Position numbers and translations under genes: made by a program
Notes under the pieces: model-generated
What the model was told of the DNA's origin: nothing
What the model saw: the letters and a program-made list of their open reading frames with translations, nothing else
The model's database searches: none
Source: Vairimorpha necatrix
Taxonomy: Eukaryota
NCBI GenBank assembly: GCA_036630325.1
Contig: CP142737.1
Coordinates: 62,001-126,000 of the forward strand
Direction: 5' to 3'
Length of the DNA stretch: 64,000 nt
In this document: piece by piece, positions 23,357-34,243 of the stretch
How the letters are laid out: the number at the start of each line of letters is the position of its first letter
Position numbering within the stretch: the first letter of the stretch is position 1

Positions 23357-24121
23357 ATGATTTTCTTGTTTATTTTGTTCGTCAAAATGGAGACATTCTC
23401 AATTCTTGTGAATCTTTCAAGAGGTTTCCAGAATTATAGACACATGACTGACTTGTGTCTAATACACAGTCTCCTTAATAATAATAATATTATTACATAT
23501 TTTCAGGGGGATATTTACCAGGATAAGAGGAATATCTTCCCAGGGAAGATATTCCTTAATAATCAGGATACTCTAAAGTATAATCTCTTTAAAGACGTAC
23601 AACTGAAGTATACTGTCTCATGTGATTCATCTCTGAATGATATCCTTAATGGTCTCCAAGGGAATATTCCAGAAATGAAGTATATGAAATATTCTGACAA
23701 TATCTTCATATACATTTGTGGACACGGATGTGAGGGAGCCATGAAGGTTTTTAATAAAGACTGGCTCACTAAAGAAGAATTAATGAGGAGTATAAGGATA
23801 CTTAAAAAGAGAGTAAGTAAGATCTTCTTAGTACTTGATACATGTGAAGCAGAAAGTATTATAAGTCGAGATACTAATGATGTCTTTATTCTGACTACTA
23901 GTCAGTTTAAAGAACCAAGTCTGAGTAAAGGGAAGAATAATCTACTGGGAGTCCACACAGTGGACGAGTTCCCTTTCTATTTTAGTAAAGTAGTCAGGGA
24001 ACAGAGAGACAGAGACATTTCCCTTGACGAGATATGTAAAGAATTAGAGAAATGTAAATTTAGTTCAACATTGACCTGGACAAAGAACAAGACCTTTAAA
24101 CTTAAAGATTTCTTCCATTAA
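23357..24121 (+). CDS. GPI8: GPI-anchor transamidase catalytic subunit (peptidase C13)
   Basis: SRGFQNYRH, IYICGHG (catalytic His), LDTCEA (catalytic Cys), LGVHTVDEF; short signal peptide; no C-terminal TM. Confidence 0.9.
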   Translation: MIFLFILFVKMETFSILVNLSRGFQNYRHMTDLCLIHSLLNNNNIITYFQGDIYQDKRNIFPGKIFLNNQDTLKYNLFKDVQLKYTVSCDSSLNDILNGLQGNIPEMKYMKYSDNIFIYICGHGCEGAMKVFNKDWLTKEELMRSIRILKKRVSKIFLVLDTCEAESIISRDTNDVFILTTSQFKEPSLSKGKNNLLGVHTVDEFPFYFSKVVREQRDRDISLDEICKELEKCKFSSTLTWTKNKTFKLKDFFH

Positions 24122-24220
24122 AAAGCAAAGTGATTAAATTATATTGTAATTATATTATTAAATTGTATAAGAATTTGTTAGTACAATCTATCTTTATTGT
24201 TTTTTTGCTTTTTACTACCC

Positions 24221-24715
24221 ATGTTCGACTCAGAATACTTCTCTAAGTTACTAAATGAGACTATCTCTTACATCCAGAATAGAGATCTCCACTCAGATGT
24301 AGAAGACTTAGACACGAGGATAGAGAGTAATAAACTCGCCCTGAGGATACTCACGGAGGATATCCAGGACAGAGATCTTAAGGATGAAGTACTAAATAGA
24401 CTTGATAATTTATACCAGGAGACTAGTACTGTAATATACAGAGATATTATAAAAGATAATGAGAATGAAGACATAGAAGAAGATATTTATAAGAGTAGTA
24501 AGATACTGAAAGATAAGGCCAGTAGACTGTATAAAGATTTAATATTTGACCAGGCAGTATTAGACAGGGTAAGTAATAAGATAAATAAGAATATAACAGA
24601 CACTAGTGAGAATATAAAGAAGATACAAGGGAGGAAAGAAGGGGGAGGACTGAGTCAAATAATATATGTAATAATAATATTCCTAATAATATACTTCATT
24701 ATAAGATTTCTTTAG
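24221..24715 (+). CDS. Tail-anchored SNARE, Use1-like
   Basis: Heptad region EEDIYKSSKILK..DQAVLDRV..N followed by a C-terminal TM; start moved to CCCATG at 24221. Confidence 0.6.
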   Translation: MFDSEYFSKLLNETISYIQNRDLHSDVEDLDTRIESNKLALRILTEDIQDRDLKDEVLNRLDNLYQETSTVIYRDIIKDNENEDIEEDIYKSSKILKDKASRLYKDLIFDQAVLDRVSNKINKNITDTSENIKKIQGRKEGGGLSQIIYVIIIFLIIYFIIRFL

Positions 24716-24845
24716 TTGTATTTGATTTTGGTATATGTTTATTTATTATGGGATATGTTTTATTTATTGTAATTAATATGTACTAGACAAATATAATATT
24801 AAATATATATATAAATCAAATGTAATTTCATATATAATTTTCATT

Positions 24846-25259
24846 TTATAGAAAATATTCTTTACCACTCTTGCCTTCTTTTTTCGCTTGTATCTTCTTG
24901 TGTCTATTTTGATACTCTAGGAATTCCTCCTGGGTGATCTTCTCAATATTCTCATACTCAATAAAAGACGTCATCTCCACATGAGCCCCAAGATTCAACT
25001 CTTCTTTCTTGATACACTCAAAAAGAAGAGGATAAATCATATTAGTCTTATATTTACCAAATATATCATCTGGTAAACTTACACTAGACTGGGGTCTGGA
25101 CAAGGGATAGTCTCTATCAATAATAAACTCATAATATTTATTATTAAATAATATTTGATAAGTCTTAGTATCCTCATAAATATAAATAGAAAGTGAGTCC
25201 CCAAATATATCCTTAAGGAATATATCTTCATTTACATTATTGAAACTTGTAATGTTCAT
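24846..25259 (-). CDS. GIR2: RWD-domain DRG-family regulatory protein 2 (Gir2/RWDD1-like)
   Basis: DYPLSRP (RWD YPxxxP), ITQEEFLEY, KSGKEYF DFRP tail; start at CCCCTAGTCATG (25259). Confidence 0.65.
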   Translation of the reverse strand: MNITSFNNVNEDIFLKDIFGDSLSIYIYEDTKTYQILFNNKYYEFIIDRDYPLSRPQSSVSLPDDIFGKYKTNMIYPLLFECIKKEELNLGAHVEMTSFIEYENIEKITQEEFLEYQNRHKKIQAKKEGKSGKEYFL

Positions 25260-25512
25260 GACTAGGGGTAAATATAATAAAGGAGGATAAAAAACATGAA
25301 AAAAATTAAAATGCAGGGACTGGGGCAAAACATTTATATAGAAAAATATACTAAACTTTAATAAAATAAGAATAATTCTATAAAATATAATAAGAAATAT
25401 AACATCTTCAATATATAATACTTATTACTTATAAAATATTACTTTTTAGTGTGTGAAACATTTGTAAATATTTACTGCATTTAACTAATTTTGTTTGTTT
25501 ACAAACAAAATC

Positions 25513-26115
25513 ATGCTAATCACAGAACTCCTCTACGACTTCTACTCTACTCAGCGCGAAGTCATGGAACTCAACGACAACTTCCTTCTCTCATCTCTTC
25601 TTGTCTCTCTCCTCGTCTACTTCTTCAGTATGAAGAACATTTTCCTCTCTATCTTCCCTTTAGTCCTTACCGGCCTAAGATACATAGGCTCTCTATATTT
25701 AGACAATTCTATCGTCTCATACATCATGAGCACATGGATCAGATCTATAATAACAGCATTTATCCTTACTTACTGCATTTTATCATTCACTAAAATACTA
25801 ATATCTCTGTGTATAGGAATATCACTTCTTCATTTGACTGATAAATATACAGAATATCTTAATACATCTATATATGTATGGATAATACTAGTAATAATAG
25901 GAGTAACATTTTATACAGTGAGGATATTACAACAACTTATAAATACAATAGTGGCGGCAGTGTATTCGACTATGGTGTTATTGAATAGTGTAGAGATATT
26001 GACAAATAATAATTTCGGGATGAAAGAACTAGAACTGGAAGGAATATTCTTAGTAGCACTATTAGCAGTATTCTCAGTATTTTTACAAGTAAAAATACAC
26101 AAGACAAAATATTAA
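25513..26115 (+). CDS. Multi-pass membrane protein of unknown function
   Basis: About 6-7 hydrophobic segments; first ATG at 25513. Confidence 0.75.
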   Translation: MLITELLYDFYSTQREVMELNDNFLLSSLLVSLLVYFFSMKNIFLSIFPLVLTGLRYIGSLYLDNSIVSYIMSTWIRSIITAFILTYCILSFTKILISLCIGISLLHLTDKYTEYLNTSIYVWIILVIIGVTFYTVRILQQLINTIVAAVYSTMVLLNSVEILTNNNFGMKELELEGIFLVALLAVFSVFLQVKIHKTKY

Positions 26116-27193
26116 TAAAAAAATTATAAAAAAAAATTTATATTATATAATGTTGTATAAAAATTTTTATATCATAAAAATGATATTTTAGATACATTTT
26201 TATATAAAAATTGCAGTATTATATAAAAACTTGTAGGACTTAGCACCTTTGAGCTTTAATTATATACAAAAAGTTTGAGATATTAGTATTTTTCTGCGAT
26301 CTCATTTCAAATCTATTTTTCCATGACTAATTTAGACATAATTAGATGTAAGATAAACTAATAATAGTGCAAAATATTATTTTATCTGACGATATGAAAT
26401 ACTGGATAAATAACTGTTGATTTATAGTATAAAAAATAATGTATAGCAATTATTATTAGCGAAAAAACATATAATAAGTTTTTTAGCATCTTGAGCAAAG
26501 TTGACTATTTAAATTAAGACAATAAAAATTGCAAGGTTTTGGAAAATACTTTAAAAAACTAAGCCTGTAATATTAATAAGTAAATTTTTTAGAATGGTAA
26601 ATAATAATTATAAGAACATATGAAGCTGAAACTTTAAGAATGTTGCATGTTATCGCTCACTTTTATATTTAAATACCAAATGAAACATAAAATAAAATAC
26701 TAACTTATAATGCATTTTTTTTTGAGGATAAAACAATATAAGATATTTTTGTTCGAATAGATACGTCCTATAGGTGATAATTGCCAATATTTCATACTAA
26801 CTAAAATCACAGATAAAAATTAAGAATAAACAAGGTAATTATTCAATATTTTTAATTATAGTGCAATCTCATAGTATCTGTAAAAACATCATTAAACTTT
26901 ATTTTTACATATTTTAAAAAACGTGATTACTAAAACACGTCATTTATATAACTATGGCGTCGTACACTAATAATTGACACTGACATATACATACTACCTA
27001 TTTTTATGAATCTATAATTTTATATGATTATAAAACGAGTATTGTATGGTTTAAGCATATATTAAAAATTCTATTATATAGTGTATGAATTTTATACAAT
27101 TAAATTTACTTTTATAGTTTATTGCTTCATTTTGTAATGTTAAAAGTTGTTATGTAATTTAAAAATAAAAAATAAATCAGTTTTTCCCCTAAA

Positions 27194-27874
27194 ATGGTTT
27201 TGTTGTTTATATTTTTATTTATAACTTTTATATTAACTTCATCGACAACCGAAAACATTACATTCTCTGATTTTTTTCTTTCAAAACAGCGATCAAAACG
27301 CAATAAAGAATTCAATACTTGTCACAAAATATTTTTCGAAAAAAATCCAGAAATATTTTTCAACCAATATTACTACACCGAAGACATTAAAATAGCCCGT
27401 ATAATTTATAAATCACTTATTAATGACATAAAATTCCCTCTAAAAATTAAAGATCACGAAATATCTAGGGGAAACATGAGGTTTATTATATATTTCAATT
27501 TACTTAAATATAAAAATATGAGAGCAAGGTTTACTGGTAAAAAACAAATCATAATGAATTTATTACATTCGCTTGCTGATAAAACTTATATGTTGTATAA
27601 CAGTTTATTGTGTATAAATTTTAATGTGAAAATAATTGAACCATACTTTTTGGAAATGTTTATGGATAAAATAGTGGATATTAGGATTGATGAAGATAAC
27701 GAAGAATTTGAAACTGTTTATAATTTGTTTGAATATAAAAATATAATGAAAAATATTGAAAATATTTTTAAAGATGGTAAATTGCAAATGATAAGAACGA
27801 GGCCTAATGAAAATTATATTGATGAAAAAATTGCTAATAGTGTTGACCTTCCAAGTATTAAAATGATAAATTAA
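27194..27874 (+). CDS. Hypothetical secreted protein, 226 aa
   Basis: CCCCTAAAATG start; hydrophobic N-terminus MVLLFIFLFITFILTSS. Confidence 0.75.
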   Translation: MVLLFIFLFITFILTSSTTENITFSDFFLSKQRSKRNKEFNTCHKIFFEKNPEIFFNQYYYTEDIKIARIIYKSLINDIKFPLKIKDHEISRGNMRFIIYFNLLKYKNMRARFTGKKQIIMNLLHSLADKTYMLYNSLLCINFNVKIIEPYFLEMFMDKIVDIRIDEDNEEFETVYNLFEYKNIMKNIENIFKDGKLQMIRTRPNENYIDEKIANSVDLPSIKMIN

Positions 27875-28333
27875 TAAAAATTTGCATATAAAACACAATT
27901 TGTAGATAATTATAACTAGTGTTTGTTCAATTTATATTATTAATTGCGAGAAAATATGTTTCTTAATCAAGTATATAGTTTAACATATGTTTTTTTATAC
28001 ATTTTTATTCAAAATTCAGTTTCACACAATTCCCCGCAATCGATTTATAAGGTAATAATAGTTACAAGCCTCAATTCTGCTATTATTACGGAGATTTCTA
28101 TTGGAAAAGGTAAGCAGCTACATTCACGGCTAAGATGGTCATATCTGTAAAAGTTTTTCTATGCTTTTGCGAGGAACGCACAAAGGAATTTAAGAGATTA
28201 CTATAAAATTATAATGTAATAATAATTCTAATTTTAAAAAAAATTTAATCAGGTATTAAATGACTGTTATATTTTTTATCTGATCGTATACCATAATACT
28301 ATTTCAATTTTTTACATAAAAATTTTTATTTAA

Positions 28334-29437
28334 TTAAGCAGGAGGATAAAATGCTCCAAATAATGTAGCATAAGCGACACCAAATGCCAAATAAAACCTC
28401 ATATACACCTTCATAATTCTACTTTTCCCATATTTATAAAAATATCCCATCATCATATAAATAATAGGATTATAACTCACAAACCTAAAATACATATTTA
28501 AATGTAAACAAAATATCGACAAAATGGTCTGTACTTGCAAAATAAAGCATAATTTTTTAAATAAATCTCTATTTTTAGATTCAATTTTATATCCCCAATG
28601 AACAATATACAACGAACTAATTATAAACGGCAGTCCTATTAACAAATTAGGAATATTATTCGATGTATAAAATTTTAAGAACCCCTGGTTCCAATATTTC
28701 TTTTGTAAATACGTGTATGGTATATACAATCGGAGTTGTATTTTATACATCAAGATATTGTCTAATAAATCATTTTTTAAAAATAAAAAATTTTTATATT
28801 GGATTTTAAAAATTTTAGAAATACAATACAATTGGAATATAGAAATGGGTACACAAATAGTTATAACAGACATTACTGTTTGTATAAAATTTTTTCGTAA
28901 TATTAAATATACAAATATAATCCCATTTGATCTACAGATACACGATAAAGATATCATTAGTACAGATATATAATATTTCTCATTAATTATACAATAAAGA
29001 CATAGTAGAAAAAGTAAGGCGAAAAGTGATTCTGTATAAAAAGCACACATTACAATTGACACGGGATTGAACAGGAAGAAATACAAAGAATATTCTGATA
29101 TTTCTGGATCTAGAAAATGTGTTGATATTTTATACACCAATATTGAATTAATACAATTAATAAATAAGTTAATACAATAATTTGCCAATTTGTCGGGTAA
29201 AAAAAGATTAAAATATTTGCCCAAGAGTGGTAGTAAAGGGAAAAAAGCAAGATGATGTTCAGCAGTGTATCCATGGTTTTTTATATGATGAAAAAAGAAT
29301 GTATCCCATTTTTCCAGGAAGTATTGAGAAGATTTGTCGAAATTTGGTAAAGTTAAATGCGAAATTAAAGCGAGTGCAGTGTAAAATAATCTTGTGAGTA
29401 GAGTAAGAGAAATAATTGACGTATTATTAATATTCAT
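28334..29437 (-). CDS. GPI18: GPI mannosyltransferase II (PIG-V)
   Basis: KWD..FF, AFFPLLP, FYTESLF, CRSNG, QKKYWNQGFLKFY..NIPN, FYPPA; start at ACCCTCATCATG (29437). Confidence 0.92.
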   Translation of the reverse strand: MNINNTSIISLTLLTRLFYTALALISHLTLPNFDKSSQYFLEKWDTFFFHHIKNHGYTAEHHLAFFPLLPLLGKYFNLFLPDKLANYCINLFINCINSILVYKISTHFLDPEISEYSLYFFLFNPVSIVMCAFYTESLFALLFLLCLYCIINEKYYISVLMISLSCICRSNGIIFVYLILRKNFIQTVMSVITICVPISIFQLYCISKIFKIQYKNFLFLKNDLLDNILMYKIQLRLYIPYTYLQKKYWNQGFLKFYTSNNIPNLLIGLPFIISSLYIVHWGYKIESKNRDLFKKLCFILQVQTILSIFCLHLNMYFRFVSYNPIIYMMMGYFYKYGKSRIMKVYMRFYLAFGVAYATLFGAFYPPA

Positions 29438-29567
29438 GATGAGGGTAAACAAACAACAGAAAATGGTTTAATACGTGTAAACTAATAATTAATATAACCT
29501 AAAAAAATGGATAACATTGGCCTTCTAAGGAAATATACATACAAAATATAAAGGCTCTAATATTTTT

Positions 29568-32500
29568 TGTCGTAGCCGATCAAATGCTGACCAATCATAT
29601 TCTTACAAATGGACAGATTTGATTGGCTACAAAAAGTATTTAAAAACATTTCCGAAAGAGGGGATGGAAAATCCAAATAAAACATTTGACATGGCGACAA
29701 CGACAAACAATGTCGGATGCTTCACAGGAGAAGCAGGTGAGGATGTAAATGTCTGGCTGAGAGACATAATGTTGGTAGGGGAAGTTTCGAAATGGACCAA
29801 TGATCAATTCAAAACGGCATTGGTGAGCAAGCTCAGGGGGAAAGCATTATCATGGGCTTCCCAGACATTAGGCGGGAAAATGGAGACAGTCAGCTTAGAG
29901 GAAATACTTCATTTAATAAAGAAAAGATTTGGATCGTATAAGAACAACGATATAACACTAAGCAGGTTCCTCTCAATAATGGTCCCGGAAACGAGAGAAG
30001 ATTACTCGCAGATGCTACAGGAAGCTACTGTAATATATGAGAGATCTCTTATAAATTTGGACGCTTTGTGCCAAATGGTAATTAATAAATCACCAATGGA
30101 GATAAAAGCTCTGTTATACCAGACCGCAACTACAGTCCAGACGTGGCAAGGATTTATACAAAAGGCGGAGGAGATATCGTGGATTCCATATCCCGATAAG
30201 ATGTTAGCTAGGACTAAGCTACACGACAACGCGGGCAGAGGGCCCCACACTAATTTTTACAAAGAAAAAGGATTTAAAAGAAACATAACCCATGAAAAAC
30301 TACCGCGGCATACTAATAAACGGTGCACACTCCACGGGGAATGTAACCATTCCACAAGAGACTGCAAAGCACTTACCATAATACTCAATAGAGAAAGAAA
30401 CAACTTGAAGAGAAAAAATATAAATGCCGTTGAAGAATACGAAAGTGACGAGAAAGATCATGACAATAAAGAAATTGAATTCTATTTACATCATATACAA
30501 AATAGTTTTAACCCATTTTTTGTGGAAAGCCGTCTCTTTAATAAAAATACGAAAGTACTACTAGACACTGGGGCCGATGTTTCGGTCATAAATTACAATG
30601 ATATTCCACAAGAAGAACGTAATAAGATTATTAGATATAATGGCGTAGTAAAAGGTATAGGAAATGAAATATTAAAAATAGAAGGCTATTTAAAAGACTG
30701 TATAATCGAAATCAATGGAAAAGGTGTGATCTTCTCACCCTTAATAATCAAAGACATAAAATATGTTATAATAGGAGCAAATGTAATATGCGACAATAAA
30801 AAACTGATTTTAGATATTCTAAATGCACCAAAATATAGAATCAACCAAATGTCGAATTCCGCATGTGATTTAGAAGAGAACAAAATTTTGAAAGAGTACG
30901 AGGACGTCTTCAAAACAGAAATAAGCGACTATAACCTCTGCACTGCAGGTAGTCATCGTATACAGACGAACAGTACGAAGATAATTTGCCAAAGGAACGG
31001 AAGAATACCAGTATCACAAGAAGAAGCCGTAAATGAAGAAATCAACAAACTCCTAGAACTTGGAATTTTAAGGGAAAGCAGAAGTCCCTGGTGTAGCAGA
31101 ATACTGATGGTACCGAAGCCTGACAAAACATGGAGAATGTGCGTAGACTATAGAGGTCTGAATAGCATAACAGTAAAGGACGCATACATGACACCTAGAA
31201 TCGACGAGATTTTTGACAGTCTATCAACTGCAACTATTTTTACAATACTGGACGCGACTAGTGGATTCCATCAAATTCCTTTACAAGAAGAAGACAAGGA
31301 AAAGACAGCATTTTCGTATAGGGGGAAATTATACGAATTTAATCGTATGCCGTTCGGACTATGTAACGCCCCAGCAACATTTCAAAGGGCAATGGACAAT
31401 ATATTCAGAAAAGAAAACCATAATTTTGTGATCCCATACTTAGACGATATTATAATATATTCAAGGAACAAGGAAGAACATAAGAAACATGTGAGAATAG
31501 TATTGGGAAAAATAAGAGCGGCAAATCTATCGCTTAATAAGAAAAAGTGTAAATTCTTTAGATCGGAAATAAAGATCTTGGGGAACGTCATTGGAAACGG
31601 AATCATAAAGGTAGACGAAACGCGCATTAAGGATATACAAGCGTACCCAATTCCTACCACCATAAAGGAATTAAGGAGTTTTCTAGGAATGGCCAACTAT
31701 TGCAGGGATTTTGTGACAAAGATGGCAGAAATTACGGGACCCTTGTATGATGTACTTAAGGGCGAAAAACAGACATCTGGTAAAAAAATTAAACTTACTG
31801 ACAAACAGCTGGATACGTTTAAAACCGTTAAAAAAGTACTAAGCCAAAATACAATACGTACACAGCCAAATTTTAAAGCTCCATTCATTCTGGTTACTGA
31901 CGCATCTGAAACGGGAATAGGAGCAGTGCTGCTGCAAAAGAACAAAACTGGAGCTGAAAAAATGATAGCCGCCTTTAGCAAAAGACTAGATAATTGTCAG
32001 AAGAATTATTCAGTTACCGATAAAGAACTTCTTGGCTTGGTTAAAGGAATAGAACATTTTAGACATTACCTTTTGGGAAGCAAATTTACGCTCAGAACAG
32101 ACCACAAAGCCTTAATCTATCTATGGACAGTGAAGGATCCAACTAGTAGGATTCTCAGATGGGCACTCAAATTGGCGGAATACGACTTCGAATTGGAGTA
32201 TATAAAAGGAGAGCATAACATTGCTGATGGCTTTAGTAGATTTCACCAAGAGTGTGAAACATGTAACATTGATTTACATCAGTTATCGAATAATAATATC
32301 AACGACATACTAGAGGAGTACCATAAAATATCAGGGCATGGGACATCAAATACCATGAAATTTATGATTTCACAGGCACATAAGTGGAAAACAATGCACC
32401 AAGACATTTCGAAATTCGTAAGCAATTGCAAAACATGTCTTCGTTCGGGATATCAACGCGTGAAGACAAAGAACAAAGTAATACTTTCAGAAAGACCCAA

Positions 32501-33422
32501 TCAGCTGTGGGAATTTGATCTGCTTGGAAAACTTTCGGACAACAGCGGAAGCGGATACATATTTGTAGCGATCGATCACTACTCTAAATGGATAGAAACC
32601 AAGATCTTACGAAGCAAAAAGAGCTGTGAAATATATAAGGCGATCGAAGAATTAATCATTAGTAAGCATGGGATACCCGAAAGAATCTTGACAGACAACG
32701 GCTTAGAGTTTGACAACAGCGTGGTACAAGCATTAGGTTCAAAGTATAATATATCATGGGAATTTTGTTCGCCATACCATCACCAGACTACAGGCGCGGT
32801 TGAGAGGGTCATACAAACATTGACGAACAAAATTAGAAAATTAGCAAACTATGGCGAAATTGGCTGGAGGAAAGTTGTCAAAGAAGCTACATTGGCAGTA
32901 AATCTATCGTTTAACCGATCAATAGGAACATCGCCGTACATTCTAAAATACGGTCAGCAAATAACAACAGCCATAGATGAGAGAATAGGAGTTACCCCTA
33001 AGACCTATACGAAGCAAGAACTTTTACGGAAGAGGGACTTAAACTTTAAAAAATACAGCAAATACATCGTTAAAGGGAAAAAAGATATAAAGCAAAAGTT
33101 TAAAATAGGAGAAGATGTTTTAGTTTACAGAGATTACCCAGGAAGTGGAAAGTTAGAAGCTAAATGGTCACCTGGTTATATTATTGTCAAAATTTTAAGT
33201 GAAGACGCATTTCTGGTAAAAAGGAAAAATTCAGCAGGCGAATTGAGAGTTAACATAAGTCATATTAAGAAGGACACGTCGAAGACTGATTGAGGGGGTG
33301 TCGTAGCCGATCAAATGCTGACCAATCATATTCTTACAAATGGACAGATTTGATTGGCTACAAAAAGTATTTAAAAACATTTCCGAAAGAGGGGATGGAA
33401 AATCCAAATAAAACATTTGACA
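29568..33422 (+). mobile_element. Intact Ty3/gypsy LTR retrotransposon, 3855 bp
   Basis: Identical 124-bp LTRs (29568-29691, 33299-33422; TGTC..GACA); TTTTT TSD; PBS TGGCGACAAC at 29692; PPT GAGGGGG at 33292-33298. Confidence 0.97.
29691..33293 (+). CDS. Single-ORF Gag-Pol polyprotein, 1200 aa (Gag, PR, RT, RNase H, IN)
   Basis: CTLHGECNHSTRDC knuckle, LLDTGAD protease, YLDD RT, TDAS..GIGAVL RNase H, HHCC plus DDE integrase. Confidence 0.95.
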   Translation: MATTTNNVGCFTGEAGEDVNVWLRDIMLVGEVSKWTNDQFKTALVSKLRGKALSWASQTLGGKMETVSLEEILHLIKKRFGSYKNNDITLSRFLSIMVPETREDYSQMLQEATVIYERSLINLDALCQMVINKSPMEIKALLYQTATTVQTWQGFIQKAEEISWIPYPDKMLARTKLHDNAGRGPHTNFYKEKGFKRNITHEKLPRHTNKRCTLHGECNHSTRDCKALTIILNRERNNLKRKNINAVEEYESDEKDHDNKEIEFYLHHIQNSFNPFFVESRLFNKNTKVLLDTGADVSVINYNDIPQEERNKIIRYNGVVKGIGNEILKIEGYLKDCIIEINGKGVIFSPLIIKDIKYVIIGANVICDNKKLILDILNAPKYRINQMSNSACDLEENKILKEYEDVFKTEISDYNLCTAGSHRIQTNSTKIICQRNGRIPVSQEEAVNEEINKLLELGILRESRSPWCSRILMVPKPDKTWRMCVDYRGLNSITVKDAYMTPRIDEIFDSLSTATIFTILDATSGFHQIPLQEEDKEKTAFSYRGKLYEFNRMPFGLCNAPATFQRAMDNIFRKENHNFVIPYLDDIIIYSRNKEEHKKHVRIVLGKIRAANLSLNKKKCKFFRSEIKILGNVIGNGIIKVDETRIKDIQAYPIPTTIKELRSFLGMANYCRDFVTKMAEITGPLYDVLKGEKQTSGKKIKLTDKQLDTFKTVKKVLSQNTIRTQPNFKAPFILVTDASETGIGAVLLQKNKTGAEKMIAAFSKRLDNCQKNYSVTDKELLGLVKGIEHFRHYLLGSKFTLRTDHKALIYLWTVKDPTSRILRWALKLAEYDFELEYIKGEHNIADGFSRFHQECETCNIDLHQLSNNNINDILEEYHKISGHGTSNTMKFMISQAHKWKTMHQDISKFVSNCKTCLRSGYQRVKTKNKVILSERPNQLWEFDLLGKLSDNSGSGYIFVAIDHYSKWIETKILRSKKSCEIYKAIEELIISKHGIPERILTDNGLEFDNSVVQALGSKYNISWEFCSPYHHQTTGAVERVIQTLTNKIRKLANYGEIGWRKVVKEATLAVNLSFNRSIGTSPYILKYGQQITTAIDERIGVTPKTYTKQELLRKRDLNFKKYSKYIVKGKKDIKQKFKIGEDVLVYRDYPGSGKLEAKWSPGYIIVKILSEDAFLVKRKNSAGELRVNISHIKKDTSKTD

Positions 33423-34243
33423 TTTTTATTAACGTTTGAAATTTTAAATATAAACCCTTTTTTTAAGATAACGAATAAGTTTTTGTTATTTAATGTTTAA
33501 ATGTTTTTTATAGTGCGCGAGACTAACAGGTAATATTAATATAAAATGTAAAGCAATATAAATTGAAAGATTTTCTTTGTGTAATTATAAATTCCTTGTG
33601 ATAAAATGACAGGTTAAAAACAATCTTTAAATTCGCCACGTGTGTTTGACAGTTTCAAAACAAACAAAGAATATAATGGTTGAGATATTTATTTAAGCGA
33701 CAAATTTACACAAACTGTTAAAGCTTATAAAAAATAATTCGTTGAATAATATATTGACCAAGTGAAATATTTGCAATATTTCATTAAGAATATCTATCTT
33801 CTGTACCACGTAAAAAGTAATAAACCTATTTATTCCTGTTTAACTCTTTTAAAAACTGAATAAAAAGTAAATATTAAAAATAGACAAGAACAAATACATA
33901 AGAAACATGTATTCGATAAAAATTAACATATTAAATATCGTACAGATAAATTAGTTTGAATCAAAGTCAGTAATTCATACTTGATATACATTTCCAACCT
34001 TTAGGTCTCTAAAGTTGCCAATCCTTGCCCATGATATTTCTCTGTAGTCGCAGTGCTGTCTTCTTTATAATAAAACATCTATTCAAAGTTTTTAATATGT
34101 TTTGACAAGCTGTCGGAGTAAACATTTCTATATTGAGAAAATTGACATAATTACAAATAGTGAAATATCGTTTATAATTAATGTACTAAATATTACTTGC
34201 CCGGTTTTAATTTATAAAATTGTTTTAATATTAGCCCTTTTCT

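Noticed and set aside
29619..29690. ORF-track start of Gag-Pol at a TTG inside the LTR
   Set aside because: Non-ATG start in a eukaryote; the first in-frame ATG is at 29691. TTG/GTG extensions at 17733, 24197, 25328, 25495, 29452 and 42063 were rejected for the same reason.
29871..29880. GGCGGGAAAA E2F-like site inside gag
   Set aside because: A single copy explained by the GGK codons.
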